A stretch of 61,751 bases of DNA, filler included. It is 4 parts of 4 records of this genome, joined end to end, with 100 filler letters (N's around TTAATTAATTAA, not from the genome) between each part and the next. Parts side by side here need not be neighbours in the genome. Positions count along the whole stretch, not along the records: positions 1 to 16,605 come from DRR378314_1310; 3 more parts are not named here. The stretch is one strand, 5' to 3'. The translations under genes and the position numbers were made by a program. Position 1 is the stretch's first letter; every line of letters starts with the position of its first letter. Below are positions 1 to 9,960 of the stretch, one piece after another. The notes beneath the pieces were generated by a model that did no database searches, had not been told where the DNA came from, and saw only the letters and a program-made list of their open reading frames with translations.

Positions 1-26
1 GGGTTCGAATCCCTGTCTCTCCGCCA
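1..26 (+). tRNA. tRNA-Ser, 3' fragment (T-arm, acceptor strand, CCA); 5' part lies outside the window
   Basis: GGG-TTCGAAT-CCCTG T-arm, then TCTCTCC acceptor strand (complementary to a GGAGAGA 5' end), G discriminator and encoded CCA. The anticodon is not visible, so Ser is inferred. Confidence 0.8.
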
Positions 27-104
27 CTTGATCAATCTATACCATCGACGCCGCGGTCCAGCGACGATCAAGGATCGCCGATGGGTATTAGATGTATGTG
101 TCGA

Positions 105-857
105 TCAGAAACGGTAGGTTGCGCCGAACAGCGGACCGGATTGATCAAACTTGAAATCGTTGCCGTCGATGTCGTGATCAAACGAAATGTAGCGGTAGCC
201 GCCGCGGATCAGCCAGCGTTCGTTGATTGCATAATCCGCTGTTAACAGCACCTGCCATGTTTCGCTGCCGCTGCGAAAGCCGCCATAGTCGACAAACCCG
301 GTGCCTGACCATTTGTCCGAGAATGCGATACGTGCGCGCGCGCCAATCACAGGGTCAGTCCAGCTTGAGTCCACGGTTGTTCGGCGGCCCGGGGCTGCGC
401 CGGGTTGAAGTTCAAATTCGGTTTCAGTGCTGAACCACCTGAACCCGCCAACGATATCTACATTCGCAGCCTGATCGTCATAGACCCGGTAGCCCACATA
501 ACCGCTAAGGAATTGAGTTGTGAATGAGGTGTCCAAGCCCGAGCTCGCAGGCCCGGGCGTATCGCTGCTGAAAGACAGATCGGTATAGTTATAGTCGGCC
601 AACAATGACCATCGCCCATTGGTGGCGGAAAATGCGCCCATGAAGGCAAAATCGAGATTATCCAACGCGTCGGAAAAGCTCAGCGTGCCGTCCAGTGTGC
701 CCATTGGAGTGCTCAGGGACGTTTCCGTTTCCGGCATGAACAGATAGATTGAGGCCTCATACGACCAATCCGACTGTTGGGCCAAGGCCACTGGTGCCAT
801 AGAAACCGCCGATGTGAGCCCGAGGGCCAGTTCTTTCCACCTCATTGTCGCACCCAT
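105..857 (-). CDS. Outer-membrane beta-barrel protein (porin-like)
   Basis: Start revised to ATG 857 (GGAG RBS upstream). Signal peptide MRWKELALGLTSAVSMAPVALA, alternating amphipathic strands, C-terminal GPLFGATYRF with terminal Phe. Confidence 0.8.
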   Translation of the reverse strand: MGATMRWKELALGLTSAVSMAPVALAQQSDWSYEASIYLFMPETETSLSTPMGTLDGTLSFSDALDNLDFAFMGAFSATNGRWSLLADYNYTDLSFSSDTPGPASSGLDTSFTTQFLSGYVGYRVYDDQAANVDIVGGFRWFSTETEFELQPGAAPGRRTTVDSSWTDPVIGARARIAFSDKWSGTGFVDYGGFRSGSETWQVLLTADYAINERWLIRGGYRYISFDHDIDGNDFKFDQSGPLFGATYRF

Positions 858-939
858 ACTTAACTCTCCGCCAAAAATCTGTTTCGATATTTCGTAGTCG
901 CGCTCTGCCAACCCGGCTGAACACATTCGTATTTGCAAT

Positions 940-2184
940 TCACGCCACCACTTTTTGGGCAGTGCCCGAACCATCGCCAACCCGATTGACATCCGTGCTT
1001 GGAAAGAACTCGGACCAGACGTGCCAAAATACACCTGCGCGCAGTGTTTCGACCCTGTGCAGTTGGCCCTGATCAGTTTTTCCCCAAAAGTCGCATTGCG
1101 TAATAGGGTGACCGCTGTCGTTATACCAGACACCCAAGCTTTCATATTTTGGATCAAGACTGACGACGACATCCCGTCCACCAACATTTGCGTTGATGAT
1201 CCAGTCGTTTTCGACAACGAAATCATCCGTCCAACAGGCGGCATCCTGCCCGATCGTGATACCCCAGACATATGTCTTGTTCGGCAATCGGTCATCCGAG
1301 CGGTCCATGTTGTCCATCACCGGAGCGTCTTCTTGATGTTGACGACCGATACCCCAGCCAAAGGTGATCTCGGTCATCATATCCAACAGTCGCAGCAGTG
1401 GGTTCGGTGATGGTTTGTTCAAAAACACCTCACCCTCCGGGTAGGCCTTCTGGAAACCGCGAAATGTCATCCGATAGGTGGGCCACGGTTTCATCTGCGC
1501 CTCGGGTCTAAGAGGGCAGGCGAGGCCATCTGCGCTTGGATCCCGATCCGCTTCGCGAAAGCCGTATATGTGCTGGATGGGCTCGCCGGTCTCGTTATCG
1601 CGCAGAATCAGGTTGTTGCCGTGCTGTGCGAGAACCTCAAGGTTCAGCCTTTTGCCCTCGATTCGAGGAGAGTACCCCTGACCGAGATTGGCCATGGCGC
1701 AGTAAGTCATCACGACGTCCTCACCGCCGAGCCCTTCGTTATCACCTGCAAGATGTGGTCGCATGATCTGTGCGTCAGGATGCGCGCGGGCGTGACCGTT
1801 ATTGTCGATCACCATAACGGGCGCTGTCGGCCCGACATATTTGCGGGCCTCGCTGATGGGAAAATACTGCGCAGTATTCAGTTGGTTTCTCAGGCCCAGA
1901 TGGACCCAGACATAAGGGAACCCATAAAGAAGAAGGACGAGTACCGCTGCCACCAGCCACAGCCAGAACGGCCCAGCCCCTAACGCAAAATGTGCAAGCG
2001 TCGCGATGGCAAACGCGCCCAACCCGATGGTGATCAGGCGGTATTCATTGCGGATAAAACGCACCATATTCGCGCGCTTCACTTTCAACAGCATCTGCGA
2101 CACGTCGCCAAGGTCTCGGAAATAGACAAAGCCGATCCCAAGTGATCCGATCAGACCCAGTGCAAAGAGGAGTATTCCAATCAT
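940..2184 (-). CDS. DUF3179-like protein with about 3 N-terminal TM helices
   Basis: Motifs ARAHP..., VVMTYCAMANLG, NNLILRDNETG, C-terminal FWHVWSEFFPST; hydrophobic N-terminus. Confidence 0.65.
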   Translation of the reverse strand: MIGILLFALGLIGSLGIGFVYFRDLGDVSQMLLKVKRANMVRFIRNEYRLITIGLGAFAIATLAHFALGAGPFWLWLVAAVLVLLLYGFPYVWVHLGLRNQLNTAQYFPISEARKYVGPTAPVMVIDNNGHARAHPDAQIMRPHLAGDNEGLGGEDVVMTYCAMANLGQGYSPRIEGKRLNLEVLAQHGNNLILRDNETGEPIQHIYGFREADRDPSADGLACPLRPEAQMKPWPTYRMTFRGFQKAYPEGEVFLNKPSPNPLLRLLDMMTEITFGWGIGRQHQEDAPVMDNMDRSDDRLPNKTYVWGITIGQDAACWTDDFVVENDWIINANVGGRDVVVSLDPKYESLGVWYNDSGHPITQCDFWGKTDQGQLHRVETLRAGVFWHVWSEFFPSTDVNRVGDGSGTAQKVVA

Positions 2185-2227
2185 GTGTTGATCCTAATGG
2201 CTTGGTGCGTCACTGCCGTTACCGGTG

Positions 2228-3913
2228 TTATTGCTGCGGGGCTTGGCGTTTGATCAGGAACGCCTCAACCGCTTGTTGCGATTCTGGGCGCGTGTTTTCG
2301 ATCCCTTCATAGGGCACGCCATAGGCCGGCGGGCTATCTGGATATTTCTCTTTCCGGGCCATGTGTCGGCCCAGAATTCGCACAAACTCCTGACCGCCCC
2401 AGGCGCCAACCTCGGTTGAGACTGAAAATTCTTCGCGAGTGTCACGATACAAGTCAAAGAATTTGGCGGCGATGGGGTTCTTGCCGGGTGGCGGCAAGAT
2501 GAGTTTGAGTTGATCTTTGACGACGGCTTCGGGTTTTTTGTCTGAATAGATGATCACGTGGTCGCGGCGCGATTTTGCTTCGTCGTCGAAAAGCAATGCA
2601 GCAGATTGATCCACGCCATCAATCAGGCGATCGCGTGGGACAAACTGATCGGCATCGGCGAAGCGAGCCAATGTTGTATAGAGATCGGAGATGTGGATGA
2701 TGCTATTAAGAAGGCCATCTGCTGTGATCATGCCGGGCCAGCGGATAAAGGCATCGACCCGCACACCGCCTTCGGTGGTGTCGGCTTTACCGCCACGAAA
2801 GATCATCGGAGTGAACCCTGATTGCGGTGAGTATTTGGTGAAATGGCCGTTGTCGCCCATTACGATAACGATTGTATTTTCAGCTAAGCCGAGCTCGTCA
2901 ATTCTGGTGAACAGATCACCAAGCCATTGATCCAACAACTGCATCTTGTCGACATAAAGTCCGCCGTTAGCGCTTTTGGGACCCGTTCTGCCGGTTCGTG
3001 TGTTGTCCAGAGGGATCATGGGCCAGTATTGCAGGAAGAACGGTTCTTCCCCGCCAGCCAAACGCTCCAACTCCTCCATGGTCTTGTCCTGGAAGGCTTG
3101 ATTCATCTCGTCATACTTGGCCGCGTTCCAGCGTTCGCCAGGTTTCATTCGGATTTCATGGATTGGGCCGCCAGCTTCGCCTTCGATAACGGTCATCATG
3201 GTTGAGGCATCAGGACGGAACCACTGGTCGATGGTGTACTTATCGTCGTAATCCCGAATAGCCACCGAAACCTGTTCCTTTATCGCGTCATCATGGAAGA
3301 TCGTTAGTTGCCCCTGTTGATGGATTGCATGTTGGGCATAATCGAACCCCTGATTCATTGCCCAGCTTTCTGAAATATCCCCCATGTGCCATTTGCCAAC
3401 GTGGCTGGTGGAGTATCCAGCCTGCTTTAGAACTTCCGCCAGCGTAACCTCTTCCCCTGGAAGACCTTCCCCGGCGATATCAACCTGCGTGTTGCCCATT
3501 CCCATACGGACAGGCAGCCGCCCGGTCATCTGGGCGACGCGGGTCGGGGTGCAGGATGGTTCGGTATACATCCGAACCATGCGCATCGCTTCATCAGAGA
3601 AATCATTGATATTGGGCGTCTCATAACCCCGGACGGCATTCAACTCGGGTATTCCCATGTCGCCAAATCCCATATCGTCGATCAGAACGCTGACGATGTT
3701 CGGTGGGTTGCCGTTGTTGTTCTCGCGAAATGCGGTCAGAGCTTCATCGACCGCCGCATCATCCTGGGCCCATTGTTCGGCCCGCTGGGCTTGCAAGATA
3801 TAAAACTCGGCATCGTGCTGGATTGGGTCCTGTTGCGCATGCACCGCGCTTGCAGCAAGGCTGACAGAAAGAGCCAATACCCCTGAAATCTTCATCCCAT
3901 GTCCCCCGATCAT
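2228..3913 (-). CDS. Secreted Cys-type (formylglycine-dependent, S1) sulfatase, paralog B
   Basis: PNIVSVLIDDMG, CTPTR signature, GKWH, GDNG, GGK...EGGVR; signal peptide (start may be ATG 3895). Confidence 0.9.
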   Translation of the reverse strand: MIGGHGMKISGVLALSVSLAASAVHAQQDPIQHDAEFYILQAQRAEQWAQDDAAVDEALTAFRENNNGNPPNIVSVLIDDMGFGDMGIPELNAVRGYETPNINDFSDEAMRMVRMYTEPSCTPTRVAQMTGRLPVRMGMGNTQVDIAGEGLPGEEVTLAEVLKQAGYSTSHVGKWHMGDISESWAMNQGFDYAQHAIHQQGQLTIFHDDAIKEQVSVAIRDYDDKYTIDQWFRPDASTMMTVIEGEAGGPIHEIRMKPGERWNAAKYDEMNQAFQDKTMEELERLAGGEEPFFLQYWPMIPLDNTRTGRTGPKSANGGLYVDKMQLLDQWLGDLFTRIDELGLAENTIVIVMGDNGHFTKYSPQSGFTPMIFRGGKADTTEGGVRVDAFIRWPGMITADGLLNSIIHISDLYTTLARFADADQFVPRDRLIDGVDQSAALLFDDEAKSRRDHVIIYSDKKPEAVVKDQLKLILPPPGKNPIAAKFFDLYRDTREEFSVSTEVGAWGGQEFVRILGRHMARKEKYPDSPPAYGVPYEGIENTRPESQQAVEAFLIKRQAPQQ

Positions 3914-3994
3914 GTGCTTGATGACTGGGAATTACAGCCACCGATGCTCTCATATTGAAACATTATCATATTTAAACAAGTTTTTCCGTGGCGT

Positions 3995-5635
3995 TCATTG
4001 CTGCCAACTCATGAACACTTCGCGGGTCAGCTCGGTTTCCGGGCGCAGGTTGTCGATGCCTTCATAGGGAATACCTCGTCCGATCTCAGCATGCGGGTAC
4101 TTCGCAATCATCTTTTGATGACGTTTGACCATGTCCTGAAACGAGGCCCCGGCCCATAACGAGTAACCAACCAAGGGGTGCTGTTCACGCGGGTCGCGAT
4201 AAATATTGTAGGTCGGAGCTGCCGCTCCCGGTTGGCCAGGGGCTGGCAGGTGCATTTTGAATTCCTGCTTGACCACAGAACGCAGCACTGGCCCCTCATA
4301 AACATATACATAGTCGCGTCGACCATTGCCTTCGCCATTCAGAAGAAGTGAGGTTTGGTCAATTCCGTCGATGACGCGGTCGCGGGGGATGTAATCGGTT
4401 GCGCCTGCAATCCGGGCCATGGTGGTGAAGATATCCGAGACATGGAATATATCACCGGCGGCGCTGCCTGCCTCGATCACCCCAGGCCAACGGATGAAGG
4501 CATCTGTACGTACGCCACCTTCAAGATGCTGGGTCTTGCCCCCACGATATATAAGCTGGTTGAAGCCTGATGTGCCCTCGTAGTGATACATCAAACCGTT
4601 GTCAGCCATCAGTACCACGATCGTGTTGTCGGCTTCGCCGGTCTCCTCCAGTTTGGTCAACAGATCTCCGATCCAACCATCCAGAAGCTGCAGTTTGTCC
4701 GCATGAAACCCACCGTTGCGAGAGATCGCCTGATCCGGATAGACAAAATTCAAAGGGTAGAGAGGCCAGTATTGCAGGAAGAACGGTTCGTCAGCGGCGG
4801 CGACACGTTCAAGCTGATCCAAAACCTGACGCTGGTAACGCTCGTTCATGTCGACGTACTTGGCCTGGTTCCAGATTTCGCCCGGCGACATGTCCACTTC
4901 GTGGGCGGTACCGCCTGCCTCAGCCTCGACACCGGTTACTAGCCCATAGGGTTTGAAACGCTCATCCAGCAGAAACTGGTTGTTTTGCCCCTCAGGTATG
5001 TACCCGAGCATCGTGTTCGCGCGCATTGCCTCGGGGGTCATGAGGCTTAGCTGGACCTGTTGATGCAACGGAAAGGCGGCCCAGTCGAAACCCTGATTGT
5101 GGGGGTAGGATTCTTCAATGTCACCTTGATGCCACTTGCCGATATGAACGGTATTGTAGCCAACTTCTTTCAGTATTTCGGGCAGTGTCACTTCGGTGGC
5201 CGGAAGGCCTTCGCCCACCAGCGCTACTTTTACTTCTGTTACACCAGCGCGAACCGGGTGTCGTCCGGTAAGCATCGCAGTGCGGGTCGGTGTGCAGGAC
5301 GGTTCTGTATACATGCGCATCAACGACAGGCCTTCGGTTGCCAATTGGTTGATGCTTGGTGTCTCGATGCCCATGACGTAGTTCATCTTGCGATCACCCA
5401 TCTGACCAAAGCTTACGTCGTCGATCAGAATGTACAGAACATTGGGTGGCTTGCCCCCATTGGCGTCACGAATTGCAGCCAGTTTCGCTTCGATTTCAAC
5501 ATCCTGCGCATCCCAAACCTCACCGAATTGGGCGCGTAAGAACTCGAACTCGCCATCGTGTTTGATTGGATCTTGCTGGGCGAATGCAGAACCTGCTGTC
5601 AGGATCAACGAGGGCAGGATGTATTTAAGTTTCAT
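3995..5635 (-). CDS. Secreted Cys-type (S1) sulfatase, paralog A
   Basis: PNVLYILIDD, CTPTR, GKWH, ADNG, GGK...EGGVR; signal peptide MKLKYILPSLILTAGSAFA; GGAGG RBS. Confidence 0.9.
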   Translation of the reverse strand: MKLKYILPSLILTAGSAFAQQDPIKHDGEFEFLRAQFGEVWDAQDVEIEAKLAAIRDANGGKPPNVLYILIDDVSFGQMGDRKMNYVMGIETPSINQLATEGLSLMRMYTEPSCTPTRTAMLTGRHPVRAGVTEVKVALVGEGLPATEVTLPEILKEVGYNTVHIGKWHQGDIEESYPHNQGFDWAAFPLHQQVQLSLMTPEAMRANTMLGYIPEGQNNQFLLDERFKPYGLVTGVEAEAGGTAHEVDMSPGEIWNQAKYVDMNERYQRQVLDQLERVAAADEPFFLQYWPLYPLNFVYPDQAISRNGGFHADKLQLLDGWIGDLLTKLEETGEADNTIVVLMADNGLMYHYEGTSGFNQLIYRGGKTQHLEGGVRTDAFIRWPGVIEAGSAAGDIFHVSDIFTTMARIAGATDYIPRDRVIDGIDQTSLLLNGEGNGRRDYVYVYEGPVLRSVVKQEFKMHLPAPGQPGAAAPTYNIYRDPREQHPLVGYSLWAGASFQDMVKRHQKMIAKYPHAEIGRGIPYEGIDNLRPETELTREVFMSWQQ

Positions 5636-5636
5636 T

Positions 5637-5909
5637 TCAATCCTCCGAATTCGGCACGTTTATTGGTGTGGTCTGATATTCAGAAATTCTTGTTTCGATA
5701 CTGCTGCGCAGATCTGAAAGGGTCTCGGCCAGATCAGCGAGGTATCGAAGATGCCGGGTTGCACCTGGTGGCGGCGAATGAGACAGCGCAACAAATATTT
5801 CCTGGTAGTCCAAGCAAATCCTGTCGAATTCTGTGTCTTGGGTGCGCAGAATTCGCAGTAAGGGGGCCTCGTCCGGGAACTGTGCGTCAAAGAATTCATC
5901 CTCGTTCAT
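5637..5909 (-). CDS. Small helical hypothetical protein (FP...L...D..F..IC.DY motif)
   Basis: About 90 aa from ATG 5909; stop ends 1 nt before the sulfatase start (translational coupling). Confidence 0.6.
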   Translation of the reverse strand: MNEDEFFDAQFPDEAPLLRILRTQDTEFDRICLDYQEIFVALSHSPPPGATRHLRYLADLAETLSDLRSSIETRISEYQTTPINVPNSED

Positions 5910-6032
5910 ATGCAGCACCTTCAAAAGCTGTTGCCCATCCAGCATGCGCCCCGACGAATTTTTCTTGAACGTATTAAGCCGCATGCTACCGTAGCATCGC
6001 AGGGCCAAACCCTTGTCGTGAAAGGATAGTTT

Positions 6033-7367
6033 TTGACGGAAGAGGAGAGCGAAAAACAGGTTGGCGATACACGCAACGTTTCCTCTGAACAGGTGCGCGA
6101 TGCACTGGTGCGCGTGTTGGACTCGGCCGGGTTCAAGGGGTCTGCCCGGATGCGTTCATTCCTGACCTACGTTGTCGAAGAGGCTCTTGCTGGTCGGACC
6201 GATGAAATTCGCGCGAAAACAATCGCCATGGATGTTTATGGCTACAGCGCCGATGAGCTGACAAAGCGCGAAGGCGTTGTGCGTGTGGATGCCGGGCGGG
6301 TTCGACGAAAGCTGAAGGCGTATTATGGCAGTGCCGGGGCGTCCGACCCGATTGTAATATCACTGCCTCTTGGTGGTTATGCACCCGATTTCAAACCGGG
6401 TTCGGACCAATTTCGGAAATCAAAGAAACTGTGGCGCATTCCGGTGGCATTGATCGTTTCTGCGATCCTCATTGGGGTTGGGGGATTTGCGGCGACGTTC
6501 CTAGCGAAGAGGCCCTCATCAAGCGGTATCGGCGCCGAGCAGACGACGATCTATGATGTTTCTCCGGCGCGGGTCGAAGCGATGAATCTGTGTAGCGCAG
6601 GACGGGATGTGATGTTTCCAGTCGTCAACCTACCGCGCCTGAAACCCGCGTTGTTGATCTTTGAAACAGCGATAGAACGTGATCCGCACTATTATTGCGG
6701 GTACGCTGGGGCCGCTCAGGTTGAAACCATGCTGGCCATTCTTCAGTTTGCGGACCCCGCCGCTGAAGAAATGCTGGCAACTGCAGATGAAAATAGCGCC
6801 TATGCATTGGAGTTGGAGCCTGATGCAGCGTGGGCGTTGTCATCGCGCGCGTGGCTTGAATTCGGACTGGGGAATTATGACAAAGCCACCGCTTTGTCTC
6901 GCAGGGCAGTGAATATCGCACCAAACGATCCGCATATCGCTGAATTTGATGCGCTAATTTCACTCTATACCTTGAAATTCACCCATATCCTTTCGGAATC
7001 TGAGCGCTACGAAAAACTGGCGCAGAGCAGTGGTGGGCTCGTATTTGGCAACGTGCTTGGGGCGGCGCAGTTTCACACTGGGGATTTTGCCGCCGCGATC
7101 CGGACATACGAGGACACCATCGCGCGCGGTGGACCCTTTGGGCCGATTTCTGCGGCTTATCTGATGGCAGCACGCTGGAATAACGGGGAACAGATCGAGG
7201 CGCGTCGCCTCGCCAACCTGTACAAAAAGACCTGGCCTGGTTTTCCGTTGGAAGCCTTGAAAAGACGCGCATTCAAAGAACCGCAACCGGTTGATGCGCT
7301 TGCCAACGCAATGAAGGCAGCCGGGGTGTCGCTGAATAGCGGCGAGGCAGATCTTCCAGAGGACTGA
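6033..7367 (+). CDS. Membrane-anchored regulator: N-terminal cytoplasmic wHTH-like domain, TM helix, periplasmic TPR domain (often annotated adenylate cyclase-like)
   Basis: F..S.RM..FL.YVVEE.L.G...VVRVDAGRVRRKL..YY motif; TM IPVALIVSAILIGVGGFAATFL; TPR-like repeats. Confidence 0.75.
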   Translation: MTEEESEKQVGDTRNVSSEQVRDALVRVLDSAGFKGSARMRSFLTYVVEEALAGRTDEIRAKTIAMDVYGYSADELTKREGVVRVDAGRVRRKLKAYYGSAGASDPIVISLPLGGYAPDFKPGSDQFRKSKKLWRIPVALIVSAILIGVGGFAATFLAKRPSSSGIGAEQTTIYDVSPARVEAMNLCSAGRDVMFPVVNLPRLKPALLIFETAIERDPHYYCGYAGAAQVETMLAILQFADPAAEEMLATADENSAYALELEPDAAWALSSRAWLEFGLGNYDKATALSRRAVNIAPNDPHIAEFDALISLYTLKFTHILSESERYEKLAQSSGGLVFGNVLGAAQFHTGDFAAAIRTYEDTIARGGPFGPISAAYLMAARWNNGEQIEARRLANLYKKTWPGFPLEALKRRAFKEPQPVDALANAMKAAGVSLNSGEADLPED

Positions 7368-7389
7368 CCAGCATAAAGTCTGGCGGGTG

Positions 7390-8004
7390 TTAATCGTCCT
7401 GGGCGACCAATCCCAGACCACGCAGGTAGATACCAATACCGCTCTCCAGCAGATCCTCCGGCGGGAAGGGAGAGCTTGCACCAGTATTGCGTGCATAAAG
7501 TTCAACAACCCCATGACTCATGGCCCAGATATGGGCACTGAACATCGATGCGGGTGGGCGTTTTTCCGGTGGAATATGCTGCGACAGGTCACTTGCCGCT
7601 TTTTCCAGCACGTTCTTTGCGCGATTAGACGCAAGCGCCAATTCAGGCGTCCGGTTAACGGAAATCCCACTTTCGAACATCGCGATATAGTGTCCGGGGT
7701 GTTTGCGGGCGAAGGCAAGATAGGCGCGTCCGGTGGCCTCGAACGCCGCAAGTGCCGAAGGTTGCCCTTTGTCATAGGCAAATTGCATCAGGTCAGCGAA
7801 CATCTCGAACCCTTGGCGTGCTGCTTCTGCGATCAGATCCTCGCGACCCTGATAGTGCCTGTAGACCGCAGCGGGGGTCACACCGGCTGTCTTGGCAGCC
7901 TCGGACAAGGTAAACCCGGTCGGGCCTTTTTGTTCGATCAGAGACAGGGCAGCCTCGATCAGAGCCTGTTTCAGATTTCCGTGGTGATATCCGCGCTTTG
8001 TCAT
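7390..8004 (-). CDS. TetR/AcrR family transcriptional regulator (WHG-type C-domain)
   Basis: YHHGNLKQALI...FTLSEAAKTAGVTPAAVYRHY HTH; WAMSHG. Confidence 0.9.
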   Translation of the reverse strand: MTKRGYHHGNLKQALIEAALSLIEQKGPTGFTLSEAAKTAGVTPAAVYRHYQGREDLIAEAARQGFEMFADLMQFAYDKGQPSALAAFEATGRAYLAFARKHPGHYIAMFESGISVNRTPELALASNRAKNVLEKAASDLSQHIPPEKRPPASMFSAHIWAMSHGVVELYARNTGASSPFPPEDLLESGIGIYLRGLGLVAQDD

Positions 8005-8087
8005 CCCGTCCTCAAGTGCGTTTACGGATATATATGCACAGGCAAGGACCTAATCCAGCGCAGTTCGTGTATTGCCCTATCTCGCGC

Positions 8088-8981
8088 TCAGGCATCCCAG
8101 ATTTCCGGCCCGCCACAGATATTTTCATCTGGAGTGCCGACCACGTCGAAATTTTTTCCATCATAGTCCAATCCGTTTAGCACGGTGCGAATGGCGGCCA
8201 GCCGGGCGCGTTTCTTGTCATCGGATCTGATGATGGTCCAGGGGCAATCTTCAGAATGGCTGCGTGTCAATGTTTCGGCAATGGATTGGCTGTATTCCTC
8301 CCACTTTTGCAGACCCGCTATGTCAATCGGGCTGAGCTTCCATTGTTTCAGAAGATCGGTTTCACGGGCCAGAAAGCGGTTCAACTGCTCGGCGCGCCCG
8401 ACGTTCAGCCAGAACTTGAACATGTGAATGCCGTCGTTCTTGAACCCGTTCTCCAAGGGAAGTACCTGCCTGAAGAACCGCTCACGCTCTTGATTTGTGC
8501 AAAAACCAAAGACGTTCTCAACAACGCCTCGGTTATACCAGCTGCGATCAAAGAACACGATTTCTTTGGCAGAAGGCAAATGCGAGATATAGCGCTGAAA
8601 ATACCACTGGCTGCGCTCTGCATCTGATGGTTTGCTAAGCGCCACGTTGCGGGCTCCCCGAGGGTTGAGGTTTTCGCGAAATCTTTTGATTGTTCCGCCC
8701 TTGCCGGCCGCGTCGCGCCCCTCGAACAGGATGGCGATACGTTGGTTGGTATCCTTTACCCATCTTTGCATCTTGACCAACTCGATCTGCAGATCTTCCA
8801 TCTGCTGATTGTAGGCCTTGCTCTTCATCTTTTTTGGGTAAGGGTAGGTAGGGTTTAGAATTTCGCCCTTGTTTGCGCCTTCAATGGCCATGCGAACGGA
8901 CTTGGGCGCGTCATTGTGATAAAAGCTTTCGATAGCGCCCTGTTCTGATTTGGTCATGTGTGGCCTCACCATAAAATCCAT
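8088..8981 (-). CDS. ppk2: Polyphosphate kinase 2
   Basis: FEGRDAAGKGG Walker A, FDRSWYNR, KQWKLSP, SDDKKRAR. Confidence 0.95.
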   Translation of the reverse strand: MDFMVRPHMTKSEQGAIESFYHNDAPKSVRMAIEGANKGEILNPTYPYPKKMKSKAYNQQMEDLQIELVKMQRWVKDTNQRIAILFEGRDAAGKGGTIKRFRENLNPRGARNVALSKPSDAERSQWYFQRYISHLPSAKEIVFFDRSWYNRGVVENVFGFCTNQERERFFRQVLPLENGFKNDGIHMFKFWLNVGRAEQLNRFLARETDLLKQWKLSPIDIAGLQKWEEYSQSIAETLTRSHSEDCPWTIIRSDDKKRARLAAIRTVLNGLDYDGKNFDVVGTPDENICGGPEIWDA

Positions 8982-9006
8982 AACTTACTATGGATTACGG
9001 ATGGGT

Positions 9007-9960
9007 TTAACGCAAACCTGCCCGTTCGGCAGCGCGGTCGATTGCGGCGGCTACTTCCGGCGCTGCGACGACCTGCGGCATATGTCCGATACCTTCCAGT
9101 TCGATCAGTTCAGCGCCGGGAATTTGTTCGACCAGCCTATCTGAATGCCAGCCCAGCCCTACGGTGGTATCGGCTGTCCCGTGGACGATTTCGGTAGGCA
9201 CAGTTATCTCGCCATAGCGGGGCTGAAGTTCGGTCACTTCTTCCAGAAGATTAGCGCGTTGTTTGGCATTTGCATGCATCGAAGCGCGGCGCATGGTCAG
9301 ACCCGGCCCGAAATGCTCTGCATACCCCTTAGGTGCTTTTTGAGGGGCGAACACCTGATCCAAAGCCTTTGTGACATACCAGTCGGGAACAAACGCACTG
9401 ACAAGGGGCAGGGCCAAAGCGCCGCCAATTGTTGTCGCCCCGACCGTGTTGAACGCATCTAGCGGAGTTTCCCAAGGGATTGCCGCAGGGGCGATTAGAA
9501 CGAGCGCGGAAATATTGTCAGGCCTTGTGACTGCCCATGCCAACGAGACCGATCCACCGTAGCTTTGCCCGGCTACGATTGGTCTTTCGGCGCCAAGTTT
9601 TGATGCAGCCTGTTGCAGGATTTCTGCTTGCTCAACAATGGTTTCACCGTTCGGGCTAAAGCTTTCTGAATACCCCAGGCCTGGGCGGTCAAATACGATG
9701 ACGCGATAGTTTTCAGCCAAGATGGGTGCCAACGCAAAGGTCATATCTCGCGTGTTCCCGCTTGATCCGTGGATCAACACCACATCCGGGCCTTTACCCA
9801 TCACCACGGCATGCACCGCAACCCCATCAACATCGACGATCTGCCCTTCAGGCGGGAACGAGGCCTCGGCGCTGTTTTCACGTTGTGCGCTGCGCCATGC
9901 GGTGACAACAGCGAGGCCAACAAGCGCGATGCCGAGTGATATCAGGAACTTACTGGCCAA
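9007..9960 (-). CDS. Alpha/beta-fold hydrolase with N-terminal anchor
   Basis: [22 protein letters not shown] nucleophile elbow, HGTAD, GHMP. Confidence 0.9.
   Translation of the reverse strand: MASKFLISLGIALVGLAVVTAWRSAQRENSAEASFPPEGQIVDVDGVAVHAVVMGKGPDVVLIHGSSGNTRDMTFALAPILAENYRVIVFDRPGLGYSESFSPNGETIVEQAEILQQAASKLGAERPIVAGQSYGGSVSLAWAVTRPDNISALVLIAPAAIPWETPLDAFNTVGATTIGGALALPLVSAFVPDWYVTKALDQVFAPQKAPKGYAEHFGPGLTMRRASMHANAKQRANLLEEVTELQPRYGEITVPTEIVHGTADTTVGLGWHSDRLVEQIPGAELIELEGIGHMPQVVAAPEVAAAIDRAAERAGLR

Noticed and set aside
858..1295. N-terminal extension of the 396-aa ORF 105..1295
   Set aside because: It overlaps the DUF3179 gene in another frame; the RBS and signal peptide point to ATG 857
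27..7390. Integrative element at tRNA-Ser
   Set aside because: No integrase gene and no duplicated tRNA 3' end (att site) were found
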